Of a stretch of DNA of 64,000 nucleotides, positions 1 to 13,254 are shown piece after piece. The stretch lies in contig OZ024746.1 of the NCBI GenBank assembly GCA_964016885.1, positions 11,160,001-11,224,000 on the forward strand. Direction: 5' to 3'. The notes beneath the pieces were generated by a model. That model made no database searches and was not told the origin of the DNA. It worked only from the letters and a program-made list of their open reading frames with translations. The position numbers and the translations under genes are program-made. Every line of letters begins with the position of its first letter. Within the stretch, counting starts at the first letter, position 1. This stretch comes from Eledone cirrhosa. Its lineage: Eukaryota.

Positions 1-350
1 TATAAATGGAATAGAATGAAACGAAATTTCATTTCTCACTCTTACTACGGCACTTACTTAAATGTAAGTATGTATGTATGTATGTATACGTACATACATA
101 TATGTATACAGACGTACAGTAGTATGTATATATATACATACATGTACACATATATATATATGCACGTATCGGTTTACCGAATATTTATTATAATGCTCGG
201 TTTGTTTGTTTGTAAACAAACAAACAGCCCGAATTACGCCGTACAGTGTTTAGGCAACCATTTGCATATGCAAATTAGGCTGCTCAGCCGTTAATATGCA
301 TAAGGAAAGTATATACTTTCAGACGTTCAACCATCTGGCAGGAAGGTATA

Positions 351-391
351 CGATGCTGACGATAGCTAATAAGCTTGAAACTAGTACATCG
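351..391 (+). ncRNA. Minimal type I hammerhead ribozyme (PLE-type)
   Basis: cgatg-CTGACGA-t-agct-aata-agct-t-GAAA-ctag-TA-catcg: stem I cgatg/catcg, intact core, stem II agct/agct, palindromic stem III ACTAGT, GUA cleavage triplet. Confidence 0.85.
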
Positions 392-490
392 TTCCTGTGT
401 CAGTGTTGAACAAAAAGGTGACGTGGTTGCCTAAACACTCTACGGCGTATATACATATATATAACATACATATATATATATATATAATTA

Positions 491-575
491 TTTCATTTAC
501 CAGTGGTTTCTTGAAAGCAGATATATCTGTTTTCAGTCGTCAGAATCTGACGACTGAAAACAGATATAATATCTG
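491..575 (-). ncRNA. Hammerhead ribozyme with most of the stem I 5' strand replaced by a fold-back arm; same family as 2381-2441
   Basis: Minus strand att-CTGACGA-c-tgaaaacagat-at-atctgctttca-a-GAAA-ccactgg-TA-aatgaaa; inverted duplication centred at about 545. Confidence 0.7.
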
Positions 576-1052
576 TATATATATATATACAATGATATTA
601 AATAAATGGAAACTATATTTATAAAACCATATTTATTCTATTATATATATTTCAAGGGTACCAAAACTTTGGTACACTCTCATCAGATAAAATACAAAGT
701 TTGTTTTATAAATTTTGACATAACCAAGAAAAATACCTTAACGGTTCAAGTTTTTCTATATATATATATAATGTGTGTCTGTGTGTGTGTGAACGTGTGA
801 TTTGTGTGTGTGTGCGTGTGAACGTGTGTGTGTGCGTGTGAAAGTGTGGTGTGTCTGTGTGAACGTGTGGTGAGTGTGTGATTGAAAGTGTGGTGTGTGT
901 GTGAACGTGTGGTGTGTGTGTGTGTACATAGATAAATATAAGAAAATTGTGGCCGCTGTGTTTCTGGTGGAGAGGAGTGTGAGGCTGTAAAGTAGCAATA
1001 GGGGAGGAGGAGGGAAACATTACCGAAACATTACTGAATGAAGGGGGGGGGG

Positions 1053-1115
<63 letters not shown>

Positions 1116-1163
1116 AGGGTAGAGAGAAAGAAAGTGAGAGAAAGAGAGAGTGGGAGAAAGAGA

Positions 1164-1224
<61 letters not shown>

Positions 1225-1541
1225 ATAAAAAAGTGTGTAAAATGTTGGGTGGAGAGAGAGTTTAGTAACATTTGGAGTTTTGACTCAACAAACAAAGGCT
1301 GGGAGAGGATGTTATGAAGTAGGAAACAAAACAAAAAAAAACAACGTAGACACCAGGTTTAAAATGATCAACTTCCTGTCCCCTCCTTGCTGACTTCTGG
1401 GTGACGATCAAGTGCCAAAAATACCAACTTCCGCTTCCTTACATTCAACTTCAAGTGGAAACTTTATTCTCAACATAGTTTTTTTTCTCTCTTTTTTATA
1501 TGTTTAGATGTTTTCTCAAAATATGTTTTTATATGTTTCTG

Positions 1542-1615
<74 letters not shown>

Positions 1616-1660
1616 CAGACATACAGAAACACACATATATATATATAATATATATATACA

Positions 1661-1850
1661 GATTAGAGCAAACATCACAGACGCTCTATCTCAAAATTAT
1701 TTTTGAAAAGCATTAGAAATGCGCAACCGATAAAACTTAAAACCAAAACTGAATACTAACCAATACTATTACTTATTCTCACTTATTCCTAATTAAACTA
1801 TTTTTCACTGTGAACAATTTGTCAGCATTTTCTTTTCCGTTTACCAATAT
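1661..1850 (+). mobile_element. PLE pLTR-like repeat with variant hammerhead at 1699-1735; inverted copy at 12761-12948
   Basis: About 190 bp nearly identical to the reverse complement of 12761-12948; contains TTGAAAA-gcat-tagaa-atgc-GCAA-ccg(g/a)-TA. Confidence 0.6.
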
Positions 1851-1880
1851 ATCTTAACTTGTGTGTTACACCTCTATTCT

Positions 1881-1942
<62 letters not shown>

Positions 1943-2186
1943 TCAGCAAGAATCGTATTTCGGCGGGTAGAAAAAGCGAAACGAAACGCAAAATCGTAGT
2001 TATGCTCCACCCATGCCTGAACACACCACCCACCCTCATATATGCCCCTAGATCTACCTCCCCAATCTCCCTACCCAAGTCCCCAGCCCTCACTGTAAAG
2101 TGGTCGTAGTGGTGGCATGACAAAAAGCGCCCAGCCCACACTGTAAATCAGTCATGTATATATATATATGTGTGTGTGTGTGTGTT

Positions 2187-2287
<101 letters not shown>

Positions 2288-2380
2288 GAAGTAATTCCGT
2301 CGGAAAGGTCCAGGAAAAAAGAGTGTTCTATGTAGGTTACAGAGCTTAATAGTTATGTAATAAACAACACAAGGCAAGTA

Positions 2381-2441
2381 TTTCATTTACCAGTGGTTTC
2401 TTGAAAGCAAACAAAAATTGCTTTCAGTCATCAGAATGAAA
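2381..2441 (-). ncRNA. Complete type I hammerhead ribozyme
   Basis: Minus strand tttcatt-CTGATGA-c-tgaaagcaa-tttttgt-ttgctttca-a-GAAA-ccactgg-TA-aatgaaa: 7-bp stem I, 9-bp stem II, GUA site; short fold-back centred at about 2448. Confidence 0.85.
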
Positions 2442-2490
2442 AAATCCAGGATTTTTTTCATTCTGATGAATATAGATGAGATTCTACAGG

Positions 2491-3570
2491 ACTGTGTGTG
2501 GCTGTGTGTGTGTCTGTGTGTGTGGTTGTGTGTGTGGCTGTGTGTGTGGCTGTGTGTGTGTGCTGTGTGTGTGGCTGTGTGTGTGGCTGTGTGTGTGGCT
2601 TTGTGTGTGGCTGTGTGTGTGGCTGTGTGTGTGGCTGTGTGTGGCTGTGTGTGTGTCTGTGTGTGTGGTTGTGTGTGTGGCTGTGTGTGTGGCTGTGTGT
2701 GTGGCTGTGTGTGTGGCTGTGTGTGTGGCTGTGTGTGTGGCTGTGTGTGTGGCTGTGTGTGTGGCTGTGTGGCTGTGTGTGTGGATGTGTGTGTGGATGT
2801 GTGTGGTTGTGTGTGTGGCTGTGTGTGTGGCTGTGTGTGTGGCTGTGTGTGTGGCTGTGTGTGTGGCTGTGTGTGTGGCTGTGTGTGTGGCTGTGTGTGT
2901 GGCTGTGTGGCTGTGTGTGTGGCTGTGTGTGTGGATGTGTGTGTGGCTGTGTGTGTGTCTGTGTGTGTGGCTGTGTGTGTCTGTGTGTGTGGCTGTGTGT
3001 GTGGCTGTGTGGCTGTGTGTGTGGCTGTGTGTGTGGATGTGTGTGTGGCTGTGTGTGTGTCTGTGTGTGTGGCTGTGTGTGTCTGTGTGTGTGGCTGTGT
3101 GTGGCTGTGTGTGTGGCTGTGTGTGTGGCTGTATGTGTGTCTGTGTGTGTGTCTGTGTGTGTGGCTGTGTGTGTCTGTGTGTGTGGCTGTGTGTGTGTGG
3201 CTGTGTGTGTGGCTGTGTGTGTGGCTGTATGTGTGGCTGTGTGTCTGTGTGTGTGGCTGTGTGTGTGGCTGTGTGTGTGTGGCTGTGTGTGTGTGGCTGT
3301 GTGTGTGGCTGTGTGTGTGGCTGTATGTGTGTCTGTGTGTGTGTCTGTGTGGCTGTGTGTGTGGCTGTGTGGCTCTGTGTCTGTGTGTGTGTCTGTGTGT
3401 CTGTGTCGGTGTGGCTGTGAGTGTGTCTGTGTATGTGTGTCTGTGTGTGTCTGTCTGTGTGTGTTTGTGTGAGGTGTATGTGTGTCTGTGTGTGTTTCTG
3501 TGTGTGTTTCTGTATGTATGTGTGTGTGTGTTTCTGCATGTATGTGCGTGTGTTTCTCTATGTGTATGTG
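2491..3570. repeat. GT-derived minisatellite (GGCTGTGTGTGT-type units)
   Basis: Direct reading; explains the C/V/W and H/T-rich ORFs. Confidence 0.95.
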
Positions 3571-3654
3571 TGAATAACTCTAAAATATATTTGCTCTCTC
3601 CCAATGTGAAGAAATCATCTGTGTTCACACCTGGAAATGAATATGCCGGATTGA

Positions 3655-3925
3655 CTACGACACCCCTACCACACCCCTACCACACCCCTACCACACCCCT
3701 ACCACACCCTACCACACCCCTACCACACCTCTACGATACCTCTACGATACCCACATGATACCCATATGACACTCCTACGACGCTCCTATGACGCCCCTAC
3801 GATGCCCCGTATGGTGCCCCTACGATGCCCCGTATGGTGCCCCTACGATGCCCCGTATGGTGCCCCTACGATGCCCCGTATTGTGCCCCTACGATGCCCC
3901 TACGTTGCCCCTACGACGCCCCTAC
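3655..3925. repeat. 11-bp / 23-bp GC-rich minisatellite
   Basis: cacccctacca repeats grading into gcccctacgatgccccgtatggt repeats. Confidence 0.9.
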
Positions 3926-4331
3926 AGTTAAATCGGGTGTTTCAGGCCCATACCACGCAAAAGCAATGAAGATGTTTTAGTCATAAAACCTCCTTCCTCC
4001 AACAATCACACACACACACACACTCTCTCACACACACACACACACACTCTCTCTCACACACACACACACACTTTCTCTCACACACACACACTCTCTCTCT
4101 CACACACACACACACACACTCTCTCACACACACACACACATAAATCATTCTGTTCAGTTGACAAGACTAACAGTGATTAATATGCGTAGAATGTTTCAAC
4201 CAAGATTCGATTGTTACGTTTGTTTATTTTGCTACAAAAGACAGGTTACAAGCTATTGAAGGATAAAGAACGATTGTGTGTGTGTCTGTGTTTGTGTATG
4301 TGCGTGCGTGTGCGTGTGGGTGTGCGTGTGG

Positions 4332-4398
<67 letters not shown>

Positions 4399-5088
4399 TG
4401 TGTGTGAGAGACTATATATTTTCAAAGACCATTTATATTTTGTATTTAACGTTGAGAAGGTATACAATGATTTATACACGGCTTTCAGTCTAAATAGACT
4501 ATTATTCTTTACAGAATTATAATTTACAGAATTATGTGATGACGACCTAAACTACTTGTGGTAGGGAATTGTTTGACCAACTGCTTAATTGTTTTATTTG
4601 TTGTTGGTTTTCTATTTTTTTATTTTTTATCTAGGACTTCTGATATTTTCTTTGAAAGTTTTAGCATTGGCCTCCAAAGTACTACCATATAAAACTATAT
4701 TTTTATGTTTTTATTTATCTAAAAATCTTCCATCATAATTTTATATCAGAACATTTGTTTAGTTATGATCCAAATACCAAATAAATAATGAGAAAGTTAG
4801 TTATGTCACTGTTGTTGTTGGACCTTCGTCTGCGCTGATGATGAGTGTTCCATTTGTTTAGGACAGCCTGGTCGTGAAATTAATATGTTTGGCTAAACAT
4901 TCTAAAGACTGGTGTAACCCCTTAATATAACTCTCAAGGAAATTCAGCATGACAGAGTGACAAGTTTGACCTTTGAAATCCAGCTGAGTGGACTAGAGCA
5001 ACATAAAATAAAGTCCCTTGCTCAAGGTCAAACTCACAACTTAATTATAATGAACTGAACACCCTAAAAACAAAGTCACATTATTTCA

Positions 5089-6486
5089 TTGGCAGTATCG
5101 GTAGAGGGTCGGATGCCATGCTTTGCAGTATGGCCCCTTTATGAGCTGAGTTCAAATCCCGCCGAGGTTAACGTTGCTTTTCATCCTTACAGGGTCGATG
5201 AAATAAATTACCAGTAATACACTGGGATAATTGCTGGCCTTGTGCCAAAAGTAGAAACAATTATTTCATTTATATTACATTACTACATCCCTCCTTCAAA
5301 TTAGAAATATGGTGTTTCACATTTTAGGCCCGCTACAATTTGTCTTAATTTAAGGTCATTGGAGTGTTGAATATAGAGGTTGAGATAGAATATTTACAGG
5401 TTTGGCAGTATCGGTAGAGGGTCGGACGCCATGCTTTGACGCATAGAGTTACGGCCCTTGCCATTCTGAGTTCAAATCCCGCCGAGGTTAACTTTGCCTT
5501 TCATCCTTACGGGGTCGATAAAATAAAGTACCAGTAATACACTGGGTAATTTCTGGCCTTGTGCCAAACGTAGAAACAATTATTAATCATTTTGTTCTTG
5601 TGGATTTTGGGGATTCCACAAAGATTGCTAGTTTTCAATAAAAAAAAGTTAAATAGCCACGTCTCTGATATGTGGGGTTCCTTAATTAGCCCTGGGTGCT
5701 GTTCCTCCTAATTTGAAAATCTTTTGATCTGAATTTATTGTTAATTTCTATTTTCTATCTTTTTGTTTGTCCCTGTGTATTGTATTGTCCTCGTGTATTG
5801 TATTGTCCTCAATGTTTTCGGTTACTGTGACTAATAAAGAAATTATTATCTTTATTTATTTCAATATTTTAAGGCCGTGGATTGGTGGGATCGGTTGAGC
5901 GTCAGACAAAATACTGTGCGGTATTTAGCTCCGTCTTTTTACATTCTCAGTTCAAAATTCGCTGACGTCAATTTTATCTTTCATCGATCTGTTGTCGTTA
6001 AAATAAAATACTAATTAATTACTGGGGGTCGATATAATCGACATTTTCCTTACCCCTAATTGCTGGCCTTGTTCCTAAAATAGAAAAGGGTGGTGGATTG
6101 GCAGTATCGGTAGAGGGTCGGACGCTATATTTTGTTGCATGGAGTTACGGCCCTTTATAATCTGAGTTCAAATCCCGCCGAGGTTAACTTTGCCTTTCAT
6201 CCTTACGGGGTCGATAAAATAAAGTACCAGTAATGTACTGGGAAATTGCTGGCCTTGTGCCTAAAACAGAAACAATTATTAATTCAAGTAGACATTCCAT
6301 AGTGACGTTTATTTATTTTATAACAAGAAAGCATGTTTTGGACAAGAACATATTTTTATTCGCATAAACATGGTATTGAGGTAAGAGGTGACAGGACATC
6401 AATCTTAATCCCCGCTGGTATGGTAGTCGCAATAAATCAACGTTGCAGGTGATACAGTGGCATTAATAAAGAATACCCTCTCTCTC

Positions 6487-6541
<55 letters not shown>

Positions 6542-6558
6542 TTCCCTGTCTCTCTCTC

Positions 6559-6628
<70 letters not shown>

Positions 6629-7751
6629 TGTCTCTCTCTCGTACTCTCTCTCTCTTTCTCTCTCTCCCTCCTCTCTCTCTCCTTCTCCCTCTCCCTCTCT
6701 CTCCTTCTCAGGAAGAAATCGGCTCTGCTCCTCTGACCTGGAGAGTGGATGGACTCAGCCATGTTTAAAAGTACCCAATGTATATCATCATGGATGCTAT
6801 TTCTTACTGACCAAGACACTATATAGAAACTCCTCTAACTTGTTGTCTCTAGTCCGACTTTGATATTTAAAATTTAGAGTTTGCTGTATATTCTAATTTG
6901 TTTATGTTTGAGCCCTCACCCCTCGTGAAAAACCTGAAATTCCCCGCCCCGGGCCTTCCAAGGTCTAAATCCGGCCCTGCATATTGCATTCTGTTTTAGG
7001 TAGGCGTAGGTTTCTGATTTTTTACTAGACCTCAAGTTTATTATTTACTAATTGGCAATACCGGTAGAGGGTCGGACGCCATGCTTTCCAGCATAGTTAC
7101 GTCCCTTTACGGTCTGAGTTCAAATCCCGTCGAGGTTAACTTTGCCTTTCATCCTTACGGGGTCGTTAAAATAAAGTACCAGTAATACACTGAGTAAATT
7201 GCAGGCCTTGTACCAAAAGTAGAAACAATTATTTTTCCTTTCTGCCTTTATGACTTGTTGTCGAGAAACGTCTAAGTGTTACAATCTAGATATTTCAGGT
7301 TATTGTAATATAGGGTGTGGTGTGATTATTGTTATTGTTGATGTTGTTGTTGTGATTGTTACTTTTATTGTTGTTGTTGCTGCTTTTTATGGTGGCTGGT
7401 GTTGTTGTTGTGGTTATTGTTGTTGTGGTGGTTGTTGTGGGTGTTGTTGCTTTTGTTGTTGTTGATTATGTTGCAGATGTTGTTGCTGTGGTTGTGGTTG
7501 TTGTTTTTGATTATGTTGCATTTGTTGATGATGATGATGATGATGATGATGATTATGATTATGATGATGATGATGATGATCATGATTACTCCATATAGTT
7601 GTTAAGGTTAGTTTTCTCCGCGTTCCATTAAAATGTCTGCCTGTTTCTGTCTTTCCATCATTCATTTAACTTTGCCTTTCATCCTTAAGGGGTCGATAAA
7701 ATAAAGTACCAGTAATGCACTGTGTAATTGCTGGCCTTGTGCCAAAAGTAG
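5089..7751 (+). mobile_element. Cluster of tRNA-derived SINE copies, family A (about 5089-5262, 5402-5585, 5874-6086, 6088-6281, 7051-7233, 7665-7751)
   Basis: Shared ~190-bp consensus: tggattggcagtatcggtagag (A-box-like), gagttcaaatccc (B-box), gcctttcatccttacggggtcgataaaataaagtaccag core, tail ending gtagaaacaattatt. Confidence 0.9.
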
Positions 7752-7899
7752 CCGAGTTTTATCTTGGTTGTCTGGGGGGTTATTTATTTCTTTGTTTGTT
7801 TGCTTTTTTCTGAGATTGACTATTTCTAGTGTGTAATCGATGTTGTGTTTTTATGTTCCCTTGTAGGATATGTTTTAGATTTATCTATAATTAGTTGTT

Positions 7900-8855
7900 G
7901 AATATATCTACTGTGGTGTCTATGTTAGATATATCTACTGCGGTGTCTATGTGAGATATATCTACTGCGGTGTCTATGTTAGATATATCTACTGCGGTCT
8001 CTGTGTGAGATATATCTACTGTGGTGTCTATGTTAGATATATCTACTGCGGTGTCTATGTGAGATATATCTACTGCGGTGTCTATGTTAGATATATCTAC
8101 TGCGGTCTCTGTGTGAGATATATCTACTGTGGTGTCTATGTGAGATATATCTACTGCGGTGTCTATGTTAGATATATCTACTGCGGTGTCTATGTTAGAT
8201 ATATCTACTGTGGTGTCTATGTTAGATATATCCACTGTGGTGTCTATGTTAGATATATCTACTGTGGTATCTATGTTAGATATATCTACTGAGGTGTCTA
8301 TGTTAGATATATCTACTGAGGTGTCTATATTAGATATATCTACTGAGGTGTCTATGTTAGATATATCTACTGAGGTGTCTATATTAGATATATCTACTGA
8401 GGTGTCTATGTTAGATATATCTTCTGCGGTGTCTATGTGAGATATATCTACTGAGGTGTCTATGTTAGATATATCTTCTGCGGTGTCTATGTGAGATATA
8501 TCTACTGAGGTGTCTATGTTAGATATATCTACTGAGGTGTCTGTGTGAGATATATCTACTGAGGTGTCTATGTTAGATATATCTACTGAGGTGTCTATGT
8601 TAGATATATCTACTGTGGTGTCTATGTTAGATATATCTACTGTGGTGTCTATGTTAGATATATCTACTGCGGTGTCTATGTTAGATATATCTACTGCGGT
8701 GTCTATGTGAGATATATCTACTGTGGTGTCTATGTTAGATATATCTACTGTGGTGTCTATGTTAGATATATCTACTGCGGTGTCTATGTTAGATATATCT
8801 ACTGCGGTGTCTATGTGAGATATATCTACTGAGGTGTCTATGTTAGATATATCTC
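7900..8855. repeat. 27-bp minisatellite with internal palindrome TAGATATATCTA
   Basis: Unit gtgtctatgttagatatatctactg(c/t/a)g repeated about 35 times. Confidence 0.95.
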
Positions 8856-9120
8856 TGCTCTCTCAGTTCAAATGCCGCCGAGGTCAACTTTGCCTTTCAT
8901 CCTTTCGTGGTCGATAAATAAGTACCACTCTAGTACTGGGATCAATTCTTCCTATATCTCTTCCTAGCTTCCATTCTCTCACTCTCAGTCCTTCTCCGGA
9001 AGAAATCTACAGTGTTCAGACCTGGGGAGGGATGGGCTCTGCCAGGCCTAAAAATGCCAAAGAAATGCCGTATGTCGTCACTACGGCGCCCCTACCACTG
9101 CAGGAGTTACGAGACCATAC
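8856..9120 (+). mobile_element. SINE family B (same core, pyrimidine tract, distinct tail); other copies or tails at about 6705-6835, 14243-14520, 45780-46165, 49950-50035, and on the minus strand at 22300-22445 and 51120-51330
   Basis: B-box plus core followed by gaagaaatc..cagacctggagaggatgggctc..ccaggcttaaaatgcc..ggagttacgggacc-(atac) tail in several places. Confidence 0.7.
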
Positions 9121-9224
9121 ACACATAAACACATCCACATAGATGTATACGAGGATCTGTATGTGCGTGCATGTACGCGTGAGTATAGTTCATGCTACTT
9201 ACTATCAACATACTCATTTAGTAA

Positions 9225-9997
9225 AATAATTGTTTCTACTTTTGGCACAAGGCCAGCAATTAATCCAGTGTATTACTGGTACTTTATTTTATAGACCCCG
9301 TAAGGATGAAAGGCAAAGTTAACCTTGGCGGAATTTGAACTCAGACCGTAAAGGGGCGTAACTTATTTAGTAAAATAATATCCTTTATAGTGCAGGACCA
9401 TATCTAATATACTTCAAATTCTTTTATCTGTTAAGTGAATTAATCAAAGTTTTATTTTATCATACAAATTAACAGAAATGATTACTATCGGTGGGCGGTG
9501 GATTGGCAGAATCGGTAGAGGGTCGGACGCCATGGTAGGGCGGTGGATTGGCAGTATCGGTAGAGGGTCGGACGCCATGGTAGGGCGGTGGATTGGCAGT
9601 ATCGGTAGAGGGTCGGACGCCATGGTAGGGCGGTGGATTGGCAGAATCGGTAGAGGGTCGGACGCCATGGTAGGACGGTGGATTGGCAGTATCGGTAGAG
9701 GGTCGGACGCCATGCTTTGCAGCAAAGAGTTACGGTCCTTTATGATCTGAGTTCAAATCCCGCCGAGGTTAACTTTGCCTTTCATCCTTACGGGGTCGAT
9801 AAAATAAAGTACCAGTAATGCACTGAGTAATTGCTGACCTTGTGCCAAAAGTAGAAACAATTATTACTATCGGTAGAGGGTCGGACGCCATGCTTTCCAG
9901 CATAGAGTTACGTCTCTTTACGGTCTGAGTTCAAATCCCGCCGAGGTTAACTTTGCCTTTCATCCTTACGGGGTCGATAAAATAAAGTACCAGTAAT
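9225..9997. mobile_element. Family A SINE nest: minus copy 9225-9362; plus copy with five tandem 45-bp heads 9493-9868; plus copy 9868-9997
   Basis: Head unit gggcggtggattggcagtatcggtagagggtcggacgccatggta starts at 9493, 9538, 9583, 9628 and 9673. Confidence 0.9.
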
Positions 9998-9999
9998 GT

Positions 10000-10268
10000 G
10001 TGTGTGTTGTTGTTGTTGTTGTAGTTACAGCTCACACCTATGCAGGTTTAGCTAGCTCCCTCCAAGGTATATCTCGTTGGAGGTGTCTTGGGTAATTTAA
10101 TGATAGGGACCCCAGTCCTAGCATCTCATTTCTACAGCTGAGTAAACTGGAGCAACGTAAAATAAAGTGTCTTGCTCAAGGAAATAACACATCACAGTCC
10201 GAGAATTCAACTCATAACCTTTCGATTGCAAGCCCAATGCTCTAACCACTAAGCCATGTGCCTTCACT
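10000..10268 (-). mobile_element. CORE-like tRNA SINE with (CAA)n tail
   Basis: Minus strand tggcttagtggttagagcattgggcttgcaatc..ccttgagcaagacactttatttt..ctcagctg; related remnant at about 4805-5030. Confidence 0.7.
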
Positions 10269-10344
10269 GCACTGGGATAATTACTGGTCTTGAGCCAAAA
10301 GTAGAAATAATTATTACTATTATCAATAGTTAGCAGGATTAAGA

Positions 10345-10650
10345 AAATGTGCCGAAGGGTAAAGAAGTTCGCCTCTCTCAATCATTAGTTGCTGGGTTCG
10401 ATCCCACTGTGTGGCATCTTGGGCAAGGATCATTTACCATAGACTGGCGTCAACCTAAGCTTTCTGTGTGAAATTCGGTACAAAAATTGGATGGACTGTA
10501 ATTCAAAGAAACAGTTTTGTCACGCAGTATCATGCTGTATCCCTTTAAGAATTACGTTATGGCTACACGTGTCTGTGAAACGTACTGTCAGATACACGTT
10601 AATTTCATCATAAGCAACTTTAACACTCGCCGTCGAAACCGAGAGTGGTC
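10345..10650 (+). mobile_element. CORE-like tRNA SINE; related remnants at about 39880-40090 and 41200-41290
   Basis: B-box ggttcgatccc followed by catcttgggcaag core-like motif. Confidence 0.55.
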
Positions 10651-11184
10651 CTTAATGAATCATTTGGATATCTTTAAATATTTCGTTTTCGTGTAATATT
10701 GTCGGGGGCCTTGTCTAGAAAAACATGATCTGACCTCTTTCAACAATTGATTAATGAATGTAAAATAAGATGTCCTTTGCTTGAGCAGGATACATTAAAC
10801 ATACACATCGATGGATTGTTGCACACAAGATACCAGACCTAATCTGTAATGATATTTGTTTTTTTTTCTTGTTCGTTACTTGGGAAGGATGAATATAACA
10901 TGCATACGGGATGGATTGCTACACACAAACTACCGGACACACAGCATAATCAGAACAGAACCGCATGACGTCTATCTGATATTCTTTGCTTGAGCAGAAT
11001 GAATTTAACATGCACAAACAATATATATTAAAGACACCAGCTACTAGACGCCAGCCTAAACATTGGTAACGTTAGAAGAAAATGTTCTCTCTGTGTATTG
11101 ATTTTCAGTAAACAAAGTCAAAGAGGAGTTAATTCCTCGTTAGTCATTTATAAGGAGTCGAATCTCCGTAATGTTAAATAGGAA

Positions 11185-11267
<83 letters not shown>

Positions 11268-11364
11268 CGTTTCCGAATTTGTTTAGCAAGATTCTTTATC
11301 TGAAATCGTGTGTTGAAACCGATATTGTTATACTTTGGGAGGGTCATGTTGCCAAAGTATAACA

Positions 11365-11391
<27 letters not shown>

Positions 11392-11397
<6 letters not shown>

Positions 11398-11850
11398 GAG
11401 GTATCCACAGTAAGTTGTGGGGTCTATTCTGTATGAAGAACTCAATGTAATCCATATGTTGAAAATGTTGTAAGTTAAGATAAATCTCAGAAAACAATAA
11501 AACATTAAAAGGAAAACAGAGTCATGATATAAGTTAAAACAATGAAATAAAAAATCAAGTCCTTAGAGATATACTTCACTGCTTTACGATCGTTTCTAGG
11601 TGGTGATAATACATTGTATCTATACTCAGTTATTCATCTATGTAAGTTTACAAACTATCAGATAGAGAGAATATTTACTTACATGCATATCACCAGCTGT
11701 TTTCAAAAGCAATAATAATTTTACTCATGTCCATATTTGGAGGTAGTTGAAGAACTAACGAATCAAATTGTTTTTTTCATATGGTGTTAAGATGAAAAGT
11801 AATACACTTTAGTTGAGGTCATGACCCTTTGAAAGGAATGGTTGATGCGT
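11392..11850 (-). mobile_element. Solo 3' end (pLTR) of the Naiad-like PLE family, with U3-A8 hammerhead at 11576-11715
   Basis: Close match to 53632-54100; minus strand ttattgctt-TTGAAAA-c-agctggtgata...tatcaccacct-a-GAAA-cgatcg-TA-aagcagtga. Confidence 0.75.
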
Positions 11851-11963
11851 TAATGACTAACGGCAACAAGATACACAGCCACCCGTAATTGCATGAGTAA
11901 AAATAAACATCGATGTATGATATGGAAATATATTTATTTTATGTGTATATGTTTGTGTATATG

Positions 11964-12035
<72 letters not shown>

Positions 12036-12070
12036 ATATATATATGTTTATGTATGTGTATATGTTTGTG

Positions 12071-12135
<65 letters not shown>

Positions 12136-12214
12136 ATATATATATGTTTATGTATGTGTATATGTGTATATATGTATATGCTTGTATATGTATATGTATG
12201 TGTATGTATGTGTA

Positions 12215-12295
<81 letters not shown>

Positions 12296-12306
12296 GGGTG
12301 TGTATA

Positions 12307-12347
<41 letters not shown>

Positions 12348-12352
12348 ATGTG

Positions 12353-12421
<69 letters not shown>

Positions 12422-12592
12422 TTGTGTGTATATGTGAGTATAGGTGTATGAATGTTTATATATGAGTATGTGCACATATAAGAGGAGTGTACATATACTC
12501 ACACAACTGTGTATATATGTGTGTGTGTTGTATATGTATATATATATATATGTATATATATATATGTATATATATATATGTGTATATATATA

Positions 12593-12623
<31 letters not shown>

Positions 12624-12696
12624 GTATATGTGTATATGTGTATGTATGTATGTATGTATGTATGTGTATGTGTATATGTATGTACATGTATGTATG

Positions 12697-12760
<64 letters not shown>

Positions 12761-12766
<6 letters not shown>

Positions 12767-13017
12767 TAAACGGAAAAGAAAATGCTGACAAATTATTCAC
12801 AGTGAAAAATAGTTTAATTAGGAATAAGTGAAAATTAGTAATAGTATTGGTTAGTATTCAGTTTTGGTCTTAAGATTTACCGGTTGCGCATTTCTAATGC
12901 TTTTCAAAAATAATTTTGAGATAGAGCGCCCGTGATGTTTGCTCTGATTCATTTTGTGACCTCTTCAGTGACTGGGGATTATTTTCTTTGTTTTTGTGCC
13001 TCTCCTTTGTTCTGTCA
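12761..13017 (-). mobile_element. Chimera of two PLE pLTR-like families
   Basis: 12761-12948 is the reverse complement of 1661-1850; 12950-13017 is the reverse complement of about 60168-60235 and ends in that hammerhead's stem II loop. Confidence 0.7.
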
Positions 13018-13254
13018 AGAAAAGAATCGAAAACGTCAAATATTGGAATATCACGAATTTTATCCCTCCTCAGTTACGTTTACACAATTGTTACTGAGGC
13101 TGGATAAGCTGAGAGCTTCTATAGATATTTCCAAATACCACCTTTATAAAGATACTCATTTGTATATAGTGTGGACTTGACGGGTTCATATCAATTAACA
13201 ATGGCACTAACACTGCGTTATTTAAAATAAGGGTACCAATATGAGTATTTTAAA

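Noticed and set aside
3575-3640. Possible minus-strand exon after a tttccag acceptor
   Set aside because: No convincing donor site or protein similarity
2387-3758. 300-450 aa Cys/Val- or His/Thr-rich ORFs
   Set aside because: GT minisatellite lacking stop codons
6900-6980. hAT-like terminus (taaatccggccctg); similar GC-rich ends at about 18188-18495 and 63914-63950
   Set aside because: Matching second TIR and TSD could not be established
7900-8855. CRISPR-like array
   Set aside because: No unique spacers, no cas genes, eukaryotic context; the same applies to 13255-13762 and 22620-23262
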